A DNA stretch of 64,000 bases from Mobula hypostoma (taxonomy: Eukaryota). A program made the position numbers and the translations under genes. The stretch is taken from positions 58,282,001 through 58,346,000 of the forward strand of contig NC_086097.1 in assembly GCF_963921235.1 (NCBI RefSeq). The letters run 5' to 3'. Under the pieces are notes generated by a model. That model saw only the letters and a program-made list of their open reading frames with translations, was not told the origin of the DNA and ran no database searches. This document shows positions 25,151 through 37,250 of the stretch, one piece after another; the stretch's first letter is position 1; each line of letters starts with the position of its first letter.

Positions 25151-28100
25151 ATAGGTTACAGAGTGTGACCTTGGGTAATGGATCCAGCAAAGAGCCCACT
25201 GAAATTCTTATTAGGAGGCAAGCTGGGGTCTGATTTAGGAATAGATAAGAGCAATGTTACAGAGAGAGGAGTAAGTATCTTGGTAACAGAAAGTAAGTTA
25301 GATTGGAAGATAAATGCAGGGTCGGAATTAATGTTCAGGTTATGAACCATCTAGCTCTGTGCAGTATAACAGACTGGCCAGGAAATTCGATATAATAGTG
25401 GTGAATATGCAAAGTTTGGATTAAATGCTGATGATTATTCCGTATCTAAACAGAATGCCAGATAGACTCAGCAGATTGGGCAGCGTATAGTATGTGGAAA
25501 GAGAAGCAGTCAATACCCTAGGTTAGAGACATTTAATCCAAATAGTTTCCATATTTTATGCTTCTATATCAGATTTTCAATATCTGCAGCTTTCTTTTTT
25601 GATCTTCATTTTTCTTTCCAATGTTCATTTGGACAGAATTGTGAGACTGATGTCAGTTGACCTTTCTAGAAGTAGAAGAGCAGTGAGTGAATTAAGAGAG
25701 ATAGAGCCTTGAATTATTATTTCACTCAGGGTAGGATATGGAGGACCATGTACATAGTTGACATTGGAGCTAATAGATCTTAGGGCTGCTATTTTTGGAA
25801 GTGAAGGCACTTTCACCTTCGTGAACACCAGAAAAATTTTGAACGTGAGAACTGGATGGTCAGCCATATCAGTGGATGTGATTTAGGTGGGTAGAATGAA
25901 CAGTGAACCTAATGCAGTTATGGGGATTTTAATCACATTTTTGATGAGGGAAAGACAGAAATAGAGGCACGTGCAGAAATTTAAAGCTGACTGCCTTGAG
26001 GGGAGCCTTAGACAAGAGCATCTTGTAAATACTTGCATACAAAAACTCAATCTGGTTTCATCTATGTTTGTATGATGTGTGTCTTTTTTCCTCTTTTACT
26101 ACACAGTGGTTATGGTCTTTCTTTTCTTTAACTGGGTTCTTCGGTTTCTTGCTTTGTTGAGGCTATGTTCCCGTTCGCTCTCCCACAAGCCCTCTTGGCC
26201 ATTTCCCATTCAGAAACTGATTGAAAGATTGATACAAAGAGATAACTGGGAAATTGTAATGAGAAGTGCATTGAAAACAAAGACATCTTCAAGGATCCTA
26301 GTCAGACGAAATGTGACTATTTTCAGACTATTTGTTTATATGATATTTTAAGATATTGAGACTCCAAGGTACAATTGAAGATGTATCATAGTACTTCTAA
26401 CAAAATGCCAGAAAGTAGGACACTACAAAATAAATCTGTTGCTGCCTTGCGTCATCTTTCTTGTGGTGAGTCTTGCAATATATACAAAGTTTTATTTCCC
26501 CTCATTTTTGTTTGAGTTACACATTTTTAAAATGTTCTTAGATTTTTCTTTTCTTTTTGCTTTCTTCTGCCAAGAATAACTCTTTAAACAAACAAGAAGA
26601 AGATGACTCACTCTTTGACCTATCTTAAAATATTAAGCCTCCAGGGCTTAAGGTGAAGATACTTTTTAGAACGAGGCAACTTCAAAAACAACTTTAAAGT
26701 ACCAAAGTGTAGGCAGTCCATGTGAGGGAGAATGTAGGAATTCTGAGGTTCAGTGGGTTTACCTTTAAACTTTCTGCCCCATTGATAGACCAAATATATT
26801 GAATTACTGCTGAAATAATAAATTGATAAATGCAAACTGGTTGTATATTATCACCATGTGTGTACAACTAATTTTTATAGAACTTTTTTCTCATATGATA
26901 TATGAATTCTGTTACTTGATTATCAATATGGGCCATGTGAAAATCTCTCATTTTCCCTTGCTTTCTATCATAACAGGTACCTTCCCATGTAACATTGATT
27001 TGAAACCTTCAACTGGGGTAACTGTGGTATGACCCTGGGTATTAGGACCTTAATACTTTGCTTGATCGTGATGTATGTTTCTTATCTCCTGGTACGATCA
27101 TCTTAAAAATGGTGAACTAAGGATCTAGTGCTTTTCTGGCGTATGAGACGAACAAATTCTTCTTGGGCTTCCAGCCAGTTACAGGTATCAATTTTAAATG
27201 TCATAATTTGTCTTGGGGTCCTTTTATTGTATATGGAAGAATTTGCTATTTCAGATTCCTTACTGGTTAACTCAGGATTGTGTTCATATGGCACCAGTGG
27301 ACTGATCCTATGTTCATCATCATCACACGAGCATGTATTGGTTAGCATACCACAACTGAAACTGATCTAGGAAATGAATAATGACACATCATGGGAGAGA
27401 GCAGGGTCCGAGATCTTTGGAAGACATAAGGAGGCATGGGAGAGGATATGGAACGGAAAAGATGTACTCATAGAAAGCTAGAAAGTCTTTTTAGCTACAC
27501 TTGGAAGGCATTGCAAGCAGTCAGATCTCTGGGTCTATGGATCAACATCAGAAGTGAAGCATTAAGGTTCTTGAGACAGTGCACCAGTATATTCAACAAT
27601 CTCATGCATTGAACCAAGATCACATAATGCGCCTCTCAGTGTCTTATCATGCTGGTTATGTTACTAGCCCCGAGTACTGCTCAGTTCACCACACCCCATT
27701 AGTCACCTGTCAAGAATCTCAATGAGACATGACTCATACTTAACTTTTATGTTAAGTTTACCACACCCTCCCACAATTAACAGTTTTGTGTGCTTCATAC
27801 CCATAGATCACAGCTTGCACTCATTGTTTGATATACCATGCACATCCGTGAGACTCATTGATGTGCCTCCCTCCTACAGGACTAGAAGATACACAAACAA
27901 AGGCAGCAGGAGCTAACCAGAGTAAGAGATATGTATCTCCTTATTTAAACTTTTTTTCATGAGATACATTGACTGTATGCAGTGGAAAGTTCATTGATTA
28001 AATTGAAATGATCAATGCTAACAGTATCCTCAAGCATAATCTTCTCCTAGCCCAGCTCCTGTTTCCAGGAATCTTCTGATTGACTCCCCAAACCATGAAG

Positions 28101-28324
28101 TTACTTGTGTTGCTCTTTCATGTCAATATCTATGGACCTGCTCAGATTGTGCACCAACAGCAAAAAGATAAGCATGAAGAAGGCACACAGTTATTAATTT
28201 CACAATCATAGGCGCAGTTTCTGACACCGCATAATTTAAGAGATGGCACAAGACAAGACAGGGGGAGGCAAAGTTTGCTGAAGAAGATTCAATGAGAACT
28301 TTGAAAGAAAATTGAAAAGTATAA

Positions 28325-28450
28325 AAAACTGCAAATTTTGGAAATCTGAAAGGAAAAACAGAAAATGCTGGAAATATTCAGCAGGTTGAGCAGCATCCAT
28401 GAAGAGAGAGATATGGAATTAATTTTTCAAGTCAATGAGTCTTCATTAAA
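28325..28450 (-). mobile_element. Penelope-derived short repeat, old
   Basis: CTGCAAATTTTGGAAATCTG...AAATGCTGGAAATATTCAGCAGG...CAGCATC. Confidence 0.55.
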
Positions 28451-28469
28451 AGAGAGTTGTTAGGTTGTC

Positions 28470-28920
28470 CTATATTGAGGAGCTGAAGAAAGTGGATCTA
28501 TATTCTTAGGTATTTAGAATAGTGTTTGGGGGGAGTAACTTTACTGAAATATATTGAATCCTAATGGAACCTGACAAGGTAAATGCTGGGAAGTTTCCAC
28601 TAGTGGAAAATCTTGAATGAGGGGAAATAGCTAAAAGATAGGGGGCCAGTCCTTTCAAACCGAGGTGCTTAGGAATTTCTTCTTGTAGAGGACAATGAAT
28701 CCCTGGAATGCTCTATCCCAGAGAGTTTTGGATACTGGATAAATGGAGGTATTTAAACATAAGTAGAAACTGTATATTTTTGAAAGATACAGAGTGATGG
28801 AAAGCCTGCACATAAGAGGAGATAAGGCCTGGAAGTAGAATGGCCATGATCACAACGGATGACAGGGAAGGCTTGATGGTGTATATGGGCTACTTCTGCT
28901 CTTGTTTTCTTATGTTCTTG
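28470..28920 (+). mobile_element. Decayed CR1 3' fragment
   Basis: AGGAATTTCTTC...GTAGAGG...CTGGAATGCTCT and tail GGCTACTTCTGCTCTTGTTTTCTTATGTTCTT. Confidence 0.6.
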
Positions 28921-30769
28921 CAGTAAATGCAAAATTGTTTGATGTAGTGACAAACCTCCAGAGAACATGCCTTCAATATCAAGGAGCATCACACATAACC
29001 TGATACAGGACAGAGAGATCATACAGTACATTCCAGTGAGGATGTTGGCCACCTTCATTTGGATCCAACTATGATGCACTGTTTAGTGGACAAGGCTATT
29101 ACTGCTATTGCATCACATGCAGCAGTCTTCAGTATTTAGTCTGCAGATGAAAGTCAGACACAGCCATTACAAGCTTAGTTTGCTGCCTTGTGGTTGTGCA
29201 TCACTTTCCAAAATGTTTAGCAAATGGCTCTCCGACACATTTCTGGGATTACTATAGTGCTCAGCCTACACACTGGAAGTGGCTCCGTGGAATCTACTCT
29301 CTCAAGAAGGCAGCGTTCAGGACTGTCTTCGTCTTTGTTGTTCCCTGCTAGCAAACCAGTCTAGAGCCACTTGATATCATCTAGCAAAGTCTTTGCAGAT
29401 GAATTACAGCATCAACTGCAGGTAACATAGTGCAGGAATATCAGCTCAAGCAAAAGAATACAGAGGACAGAAAGTAAGCAAATGTGTCAGGACAATGAGT
29501 GGATATTGTTGGGATATGCCATGACGCTTTTTAAAAGTTTAGCTGGAAATATTTGTTTTTATTTTTATTTTTCGTTGTACACTCTTACTGTCAATGATGA
29601 GGGAGATTACGTTTGGTTAGAAGAATGACAGGCTGGACCTTAATGGGTGTTGGGCTCCATACCAGTTCTATCAACAAATCATTGTTTCAGCGATATTCTC
29701 TCCATCTCCATCCAGCTCACAAGATTGAAATCCACTCAGCTTTGTTTCAACAGAATCTTAATGACCATCTTCTTGTACTAGTGGACGACAAACACTGAGG
29801 TGTTGCAAATCTCTGCAGATTTAGCTGTAGCTTGGAAAGAGCCAGGTGCATAAGAGATTATCAATAGTTAGACTCTCCTTGCTGGAGTTTAGTGTTGTGG
29901 CTGAAGCATGTTCTTCCTCACTAGGGCTTAGGAAAGAGAATTGTTTCCAGAGTACTATGGACATTACGGCCATTTCCTGGTAAACTTTCTAAAAACAGCT
30001 CCCTGATCCTCTCCATGCCCCTCTTCGAGCAGCTTGACCTCCTTCGCATGCTGCCAATTCATATTCTGAGTCATGCATTCCAAAGCCTGGATGCCTGGGA
30101 GCAACAGCGCAGCAGATGCTTTCTGTAGTTGCGATGCCACTCATTACAGAAGCTGTAGGATTTTAGCAACCACCAAAGGAGTTAAACAGTAACTAACCCG
30201 TGAGCAGTAGAAGTTCCTTTTAAGTAAATCTTAATGTAACTTTTATTATGGTCATTTTACAGGTGGAAGGTGGTTGATGAAGGGATTTATATGAGGCCAT
30301 TAAGAGGACAATCAAGAACAATATTGTATGTTGTTTGATGTCACATACTCTGCATTCTTTCAGCTGACATTTAATGCAGATGCACAAGCACCCACATCAA
30401 TACAGTGTCCAGAGCATCTGCCCAATAAGTGCCCACACACCACTTGCCCCGTTTCAGCAGTAAAAAGCATTCAAGAATGCTCTGAGTTTCACATCAAGCA
30501 AGTCTTGGTGAGGAAAAATATTCTGGGCAATTAATTATAAAAGTGAATCTATTTCATTGAATTGCAGTTTGTGAAATAAAGCTGAATGCCTAAGTTAGAT
30601 GAAAGTAGTCAATGGAGCAACAGGAAAGAATTAAGCAAGAAAGAGAAAGTAAGACAATCACTCTAAATATTTTATGAAAGCTTTATAGCTTCTATTTTTT
30701 TTCATGGTCAGCCAAGAATATTCAACGACCATCCATTCTTGTTCAGACTCATCAGTCATCTTTTTTGTC

Positions 30770-30985
30770 CTTGAGCAACACTCAGAAATTTCTGGAGGAA
30801 CTCTGCCAGCATGTTAGACATTATCTATGAAGGGGAAAAAACTGTTGACATTTTGGGCCAAGACCCTTCATCAGGCCAAAACATTGACTATTTATACCCC
30901 TTCATAGATGCTGCCTGAACTGCTGAGTTCCTCCAGCATCTTGTGCATGTTGCTTAAGATTTCCAACATCTGCAGAATCTCTTAT
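30770..30985. mobile_element. Penelope-derived foldback element (two inverted pLTR halves)
   Basis: CTGGAGGAACTC...ATCTATGAAGGGG...GACCCTTCATCAGG followed by the inverted CCCCTTCATAGATGCTG...GAGTTCCTCCAGCA. Confidence 0.7.
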
Positions 30986-31069
30986 ATCTACCTTTTTGTC
31001 CTTTCCCACTTGTTTTTGGCTGAAGTTCACAGCTAGGAGCATATTAGAGAAGCAATCTTCTCCTTCATG

Positions 31070-31526
31070 AAGACAATCACAGGCCATCACAGGAAAAGCC
31101 CTCCTTACCATTGGAAAATATCTACATAGAGCACTACCACAAGAAAGTAGTATCTGTCATCAGGGACCTCCACCATCCAGGCCGTTCTCTCTTCTTGCTG
31201 CTGCCATTGGGAGGGAGGTACAGGAACCTTAGGTCCCACACCACTAGATTCAGGTACAGTTATTACCGTTCAGCCACCAGGCTCCAGAACCACTGAATAA
31301 ACTCAACTCTGAATGGATTCCACAACATATGGTCTCATGTTCTCAGTAGTATTTATTTACTTTTTTTATTTGCACAGTTGGCACATTGATTGCTTGCCAG
31401 TCTTTGTGTGTAGTTTTTCATTGATTCTATTGTATTTCTCTGTTTTACTGTGAATACCTGTAACAAAAATAATCTCAGGTTAGTATATGGTGAAATATAC
31501 ATACTTCGATAATAAATGTACTTTGA
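31070..31526 (+). mobile_element. Rex1/Babar 3' fragment
   Basis: IRDLHHPGRSLFLLLPLGGRYRNLRSHTTRFRYSYY, then a 3' UTR ending AATAAATGTACTTTGA. Confidence 0.85.
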
Positions 31527-31569
31527 GAACTCAGTTGTAGAGATGTTGGTAAAAGTATACGTTATTAAA

Positions 31570-33290
31570 TCTCAGGGACCCAGTGATTCACATCCCAGAG
31601 TATTGAAATAGGTGACCATAGAGATATGAAATGCTTGGATCTTCATCTTCCAAAATTCTATAAATTCTGGAAGTGTTTCTGTGGATTGCAAGATGTCAAA
31701 TATGACTAAATTATTCATGAAGTGAGTGAGGAAGAAAACGGGGAGTGATTTAATGCCAATCTTGGGGAAAATGCTGAAATCTATAATGAAGAATGCAGTA
31801 AGAGTATACTTTGCAAAGAATAATACAATTGAGCAGAGTCAACATGCATGTTTCAAAGATAAATCCTGTTTCTTTTTTGCTGATGTTCTCTGAAGATATG
31901 GTGAATTGTATAGATTAGGGAGATCCAGTGACTATTGTGTATTTGGGGTTTCCCCGAGGCTTTCAATGTAGGCTTACTGGAGAAAAAGGTTCGTACACAA
32001 GATATTGGAGATGCCATATTGAAATGCTGTTTGTTTGTTCTTGCAGGAACGTGGTTCCAGGATAACATCCCATGCACCATCAATCATCAGGCTATGCCAC
32101 TTGGGGGACTTGTGCTATTGGTATTTTGTGACTGTATGTGCTATTGTAACTATTTGTGTTGTGTGCTGTGTGTGATACTGTGTACTGTGCTTTGCACCTT
32201 GGTCTCAGAGGAACACTGTTCCTTTTAGCTGTATACATGTGTATGGTTGAGTGACAATTCAAACTTGAACTTGCATAGCTGAGAACTGGACAGAAAGCAA
32301 AGTATGGCAGTAAATGGATCTTTCTGAGGTTGGTAGGCTCATATGACTACGATACCATATGATTGATGCTTGGGACCCAACCATTCACAGTCGATTTCAA
32401 CAATGTAGCTGAGGAAACCAAGTAACATATTTCCAAGTTTGCTGATCATAACTCCCTCCTCTAGGATAGAATGTGAGTTTGGAAGAGGATGTAAAGATGC
32501 TTCTTCATGATATTAATAAGCTAAGTGAGTGGGAAAGGAAATGGCAGATGGACTAGAATGTAAAAAATTATAACTTAACCATTTCCATGTACAAAATAGA
32601 AATAAAAAGCATTTTATAAGTGGCAAAAGATTGAGTATTGTTGAAAAGGACCTAAGGTGTCCTGATTGAAAGCCAACATACAGGGAGCAACAAACAACTG
32701 GAGAGGAAAGTTGGACATGGGCCTTTAACATGAAAGCATTTGAATGCTGGTGAAGATAGTCTATCCGCAGTTGCACAGCAATTTGGTAAGACTCTGCCTG
32801 AAGTATAGCACACAGTTTTGTTCTTCTTATTTTTTTAAAAAAAGAATGTATTTACTGCAGAGGGAGTGAAGATTCTCTAAACAGTCCAAAGGATAAAAGG
32901 TTTATAGTACGAGGACAGATTAGGCCAGGCCTAACATTAGAAGAATGAGCGTTCTCACTGAAACTTGCGGAAATTCATTTCAGGCTCCACAGGCTGGGTG
33001 CAGGGAGGGTGTGCCCCCTTTTTGGGGAGTTGTGCGAGAACCAAGGAGCGCAGTCTCAGAAAAGAAGGCAGACCACTTAGGACTGAAATAAAGAGAAATT
33101 TCTTCATGTGGTGAGTTGTGAATCTTCAGAATTTTCCATCCTACAGAGTTGTAGTGGCTCAGTCACTGGGTTAGTTCAAAGAGATTGATTGTTAAGATAG
33201 AAATACAGCCATGCTCTTGTTGAATGTTGGAGCAGACTTGCAGAGTCAAATAGCTTACTCCTGCTCCTTTTAGTTATGTTCTGATGTTGA
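31570..33290 (+). mobile_element. Old CR1 ORF2/3' UTR, decayed, with an internal ~230 bp insertion near 32045-32275
   Basis: TCAGGGACCCAGTGATTCACATCCCAGAGTATTG (SPGPD-like region), TCCAAGTTTGCTGAT (SKFAD) and a CR1 tail near 33210-33290. Confidence 0.7.
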
Positions 33291-34715
33291 AATACATTGT
33301 GTTTGAGCATTTATTCAAAAGTGAATGGATGCAATGTCTTAATAACTCATTTATCAGGCCCTGGGTTCCAGGCGAGGAAGCATGGATTGAAAGCATTGCA
33401 AGGTCTATTTATTCCTGTAATATTAGGTATTTGCCTGCCTGAAAGTGTAATAAAAGCAGCCACTTTAATAGTGAATGCATTAGGCCTGGCAAGTTGTAAT
33501 TTAGCAGACAGTGCTTGTTATTAGACTGAATGGTTCCAAGTTTTGGAATCCATTCTGTTTCTCTACAAGTTAAATTATAGGCTGCAAAACAAAAAGAACA
33601 CTTAATGTTGAAGATCAGTTTCAATTTTTATGCTTGTATTGTGTGCAAGGTTGTGGAAGTTTACAGCAGCATAATTCAGGCCACATCTTGTATAATTTCC
33701 GCTGTAATAATTGTAAATTGTGCTCAGCAATGTTCTTTCCATTACTGGTCCTACATGGCTTTGATCTTTTCACTGTCTGCAGAGAATTACAATAATTTGC
33801 AATGCATTATGAACTGATCTCTTTAAATCTGAGTAGGTCCCAAAAATAAGATTAAGACTGAAATACGTTTTATTGTTAATTATGTGCCTTTGATTGTCAA
33901 AATGTATTAATAGTAATGAAATACCCCTTTTGAAATTCATATCATCTGATGTGTATATTCTGATCAAAAAGAGGCAAAACCTGGGCCGCTGTACCTCCCT
34001 CTGCAACTGAAGATCCTTCCCTTCCTCACTGAGAGACCACAGTCTGAGTGGATTGTTAATAACATCTCCACCTTGCTGATAATCAATACTGGCGCACCTC
34101 AAGGATGTGTGCTTAGCCCACAGCTCTAATCTCTCTACACCCATGACTGTGTGGCTAGGCACAGCTGAAATGCCATCTATAAATTCGCTGATGATACGAC
34201 TACTGTTAACACAATTTTAAATGGCGATGAGAAGGTATACAGGAGTGAGGTAGATCAGCTAGTTGAGTGATCTTGCAGCAACAAACTTGCATTCAGCATC
34301 AGTAAGACTAAAGAATTGATTGTGGACTTCAGAAAGGGTAAGACGAGGGCACACACCAGTCCATGTTGAGGGATCAGAAGTGGAAAGAGTGAGTAATTTC
34401 AAGCTGTTGGGCGTTAACACCTCTGAGGATCTATGCTGGGCCCAGCATATCGATGCAGTTACAAAGAAGGCACAACAGCGGCTATATTTCATTAAGAGTT
34501 TGAGGAGATGTCAGCAAAGACACTTGCAGATTTGTACAGACGTACTGTGGAGATCACTCTAACTGGTTGTATCACCATCTGTATAGGTGGCTGAGGGGCA
34601 CTGCGCAGGACTGAAATAAACAGCAAAAAGCTGTAAACTCTGTCAGCTCCATCATGGGTACTAGCTTCCCCAGCATACAGTACATTTTCAAGGAGGAATG
34701 GCCTATCACCTAGAG

Positions 34716-34963
34716 TGTTCTGTTTAGTATCTTCAAAACATTAAACAAATTCAAAGGAAGACACGGGAATCCGAAATGTGAGTCTAACTTTAAGTTTACT
34801 TTAAGCAAGGCACACGAGTACTATGTGGTAGCGTGCTGACATAATCAATTCATGTATTTTTACACATAACCTGTTATGAATTATTTAAATGAGCAAGCAT
34901 GCTTAATCAACCAATATATATACAAGATTATTCAAATATTACTGAAATATTAAAATCACAACA
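34716..34963 (-). repeat. 3' LTR of the Gypsy element
   Basis: TGTT...CAACA, collinear with 38890-39878, next to the PPT. Confidence 0.88.
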
Positions 34964-35286
34964 CTCCTACCTGCTTAGCTATAAATTCCAACTCAATAGG
35001 GAATGCATCTCAACTATATACACAGTATACTATATAAAACAATTACTAAATACAGACATCTACAGCATTGTAAATTTTAAATTGTCCCATTCCAGCCTAA
35101 AGATTTAATAACTATAGAGAATTTCTTGCTCTTGTGGGGTAATGTCTTTCCTGACAAGGGGGGAATCACTCTGCTTGGCAGGTGAGACCTGTGGCTGTGA
35201 AGACTATCTCAGGTTCTGGGGCCTCCTCCATGGTGTTTGTAGGAGTTGACTCCGAGACTGCAGGAAGTGGTTCTGTTAGTTCTGGA

Positions 35287-35851
35287 CGTCATTCTTCTTC
35301 CTTTTTCTTCTTCTAGTTTGTGCATCTTGATCTTGGGAAAGTGCATCTACTTCACTGGAGTATTCTCTTATTAATCCTTCTACTGCTTCCTTTACGATCT
35401 GATTTCTCCTCTTGGTTTCCTCATCCACAACATCATCTGATGAATCCTCTGTTTACTTATCTTCATTGACTTCTTTCTTTTTGGCATTTCATTCATCCAG
35501 CTGGGCTTTGGTCTTTGCAGCTACTTTGACAAGTAGCTTTTTGTCTCCCACTTGAAGCTCATGCAATAACTTTAATGCACGCAGAGTAGATTCTGGTTCT
35601 TTGCACTCTCAAATGCCAAATGCTTGCAACTTTTCTGAAGCCCCTTGAACTTTCTTCCAGCTTAAAATGATGCCACATTTTGCAAGTAACTGACTAATTA
35701 ACATATCAGAAGCTTTCTCAGATAAGTTGCCTACAAAAACTGTTGTATTCAGACCATTGCTTTTGTCATTTTCACATTTCCTCTGAGCTGCATTGTCCCC
35801 CCTTGGTCCAATATGCTTTTGAACCAAAGGCACAGAGGTTGGCACCACCAC
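35287..35851 (-). pseudogene. RBM25: Processed RBM25 fragment (RRM domain and following helical region) inside the Gypsy element
   Basis: Translation VVVPTSVPLVQKHIGPR...TTVFVGNLSEKASDMLISQLLAKCGIILSWKKVQGASEKLQAFGI*ECKEPESTLRALKLLHELQVGDKKLLVKVAAKTKAQLDE*NAKKK...DEETKRRNQIVKEAVEGLIREYSSE is recognisable as RBM25. One frame, no intron, three in-frame stops. Confidence 0.93.
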
Positions 35852-36596
35852 CTGTTTGCCTTCTGCTGGGCAATAATTCGTGGTGTTCGGCATGAAGACT
35901 GTTGCGGCATCATCCAATACATTTCTTAATTCACTTTCAGTTGGCTTCATTGCAGGGGATGTGACATGTAAATTGTGGATGGACCTCCAACCAATCATGT
36001 CCCCATGATGCTGGTCCTCCTGTTTTTACCACATACAAGTTCAAAGTGGCTTGTTGGTTGCTGGGTTTCACTGTCACGAATGCTGATCCCACAGGAGTTA
36101 ACTCTTCTCCAGTATAAGTTCTTTGTTGGATATCTGAAGGCTTCAGATTAGCACTTTTGAAATGCTATTCAAATTCATTTTGAGGAATTGTCATGGTCCG
36201 GATCAGGGTCCCTTTAAATTTACCTTGTTTATGTTACGATCCATACCGTTGATTCCCTGTTTTCCCGTGTCCCTCGACTTTGGTGATTAGAGGGAATTAA
36301 TGCTCGGCTGAACCGATAGTTTATAAATCTCCGGCTTTCAGCCGTTCGGCACGAGAGCGTCTGCAAAGTCACGGCGTGCCAATGTCATGTGGCCGAAGCA
36401 AGCCTAGTCTCCGCTGAAGCGAGTGCCGGTAATTCGCCCTTCCTCACCGGAGCAACCCAGTCCAGTTACCTTGCCGAAGCGAGCCTGCAAAGCTTCCTCA
36501 CTGAGGTGGGTCCATCAGTTAACCCGCCGGAGGGAATCAAGAACCGCGGTCTACTGTTCCCGGGTCGAGTCGAGAGCTCACCACTACCTGGAGGCT

Positions 36597-36902
36597 CCAA
36601 GTCAAGTCCTGGCTCCAGGGGCATTCAAGTTCCAAGTCAAGTCCTGGCCCTGGCGGCATTCTAGCACCAAGTCAAGTCCTGGCCCTGGTGGCAATCTAGC
36701 ACCAAGTCAAGACCTGGCCCTGGCGGCATTCTAGCACCAAGTCAAGTCCTGGCTCTGGCGGCAATCTAGCACCAAGTCAAGTCCTGGCCCTGGCAGCATT
36801 CTAGCACCAAATCAAGTCCTGGCCCTGGCGGCATTCTAGCACCAAGTCAAGTCCTGGCCCTAGCGGCTTCCCAGTTCTGAGTCAAGTCCGGGCCTTGGCG
36901 GT
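36597..36902. repeat. 35-bp minisatellite, ~8.7 units
   Basis: Unit CCAAGTCAAGTCCTGGCCCTGGCGGCATTCTAGCA, starting every 35 bp from 36597 to 36877. Confidence 0.95.
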
Positions 36903-37045
36903 CTGTGATTCCTGTCCTACCCCCTTGTCTGAATCCCTTCTCTGCCCCTCTCCCTTCTAGCCCTCGTCTGCAGCCCTCGCCTGCACTTCGGTCTAGTTCT
37001 ATGGTCAGAGCTAGATAGGTACTGTCTGGTGTTCTTTCGTGTTGA

Positions 37046-37250
37046 TCTTGTCTTGTCCTTGCCTCCGTGGGGTAAGTCTGGCCGTCTTGCTGTTACCCCG
37101 CGGGGAGTCATGTCTTGTCTTGTCCTCGCCTCCGTGGGGTAAGTCTGGTCGTCTTGCCGTTGCCCCGCAGGGAGTCATGTCATGTCTTGTCCTCGCCTCC
37201 GTGGGGTAAGTCAGGCCATCTTGCCATTGCCCCACAGAGGGTCATGAGTC
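37046..37250. repeat. 67-bp tandem repeat, 3 units
   Basis: GCCTCCGTGGGGTAAGTC recurs at 37061, 37128 and 37195. Confidence 0.92.

Noticed and set aside
35287..35851. RBM25 segment as exons of the real RBM25 gene
   Set aside because: It has three in-frame stops, is one continuous block, is flanked by Gypsy pol sequence, and no other RBM25 exons were recognised in the window.
36597..36902. 35-bp repeat array as a CRISPR array
   Set aside because: The units are head-to-tail with no unique spacers, lie inside a solo LTR in vertebrate DNA, and there are no cas genes.
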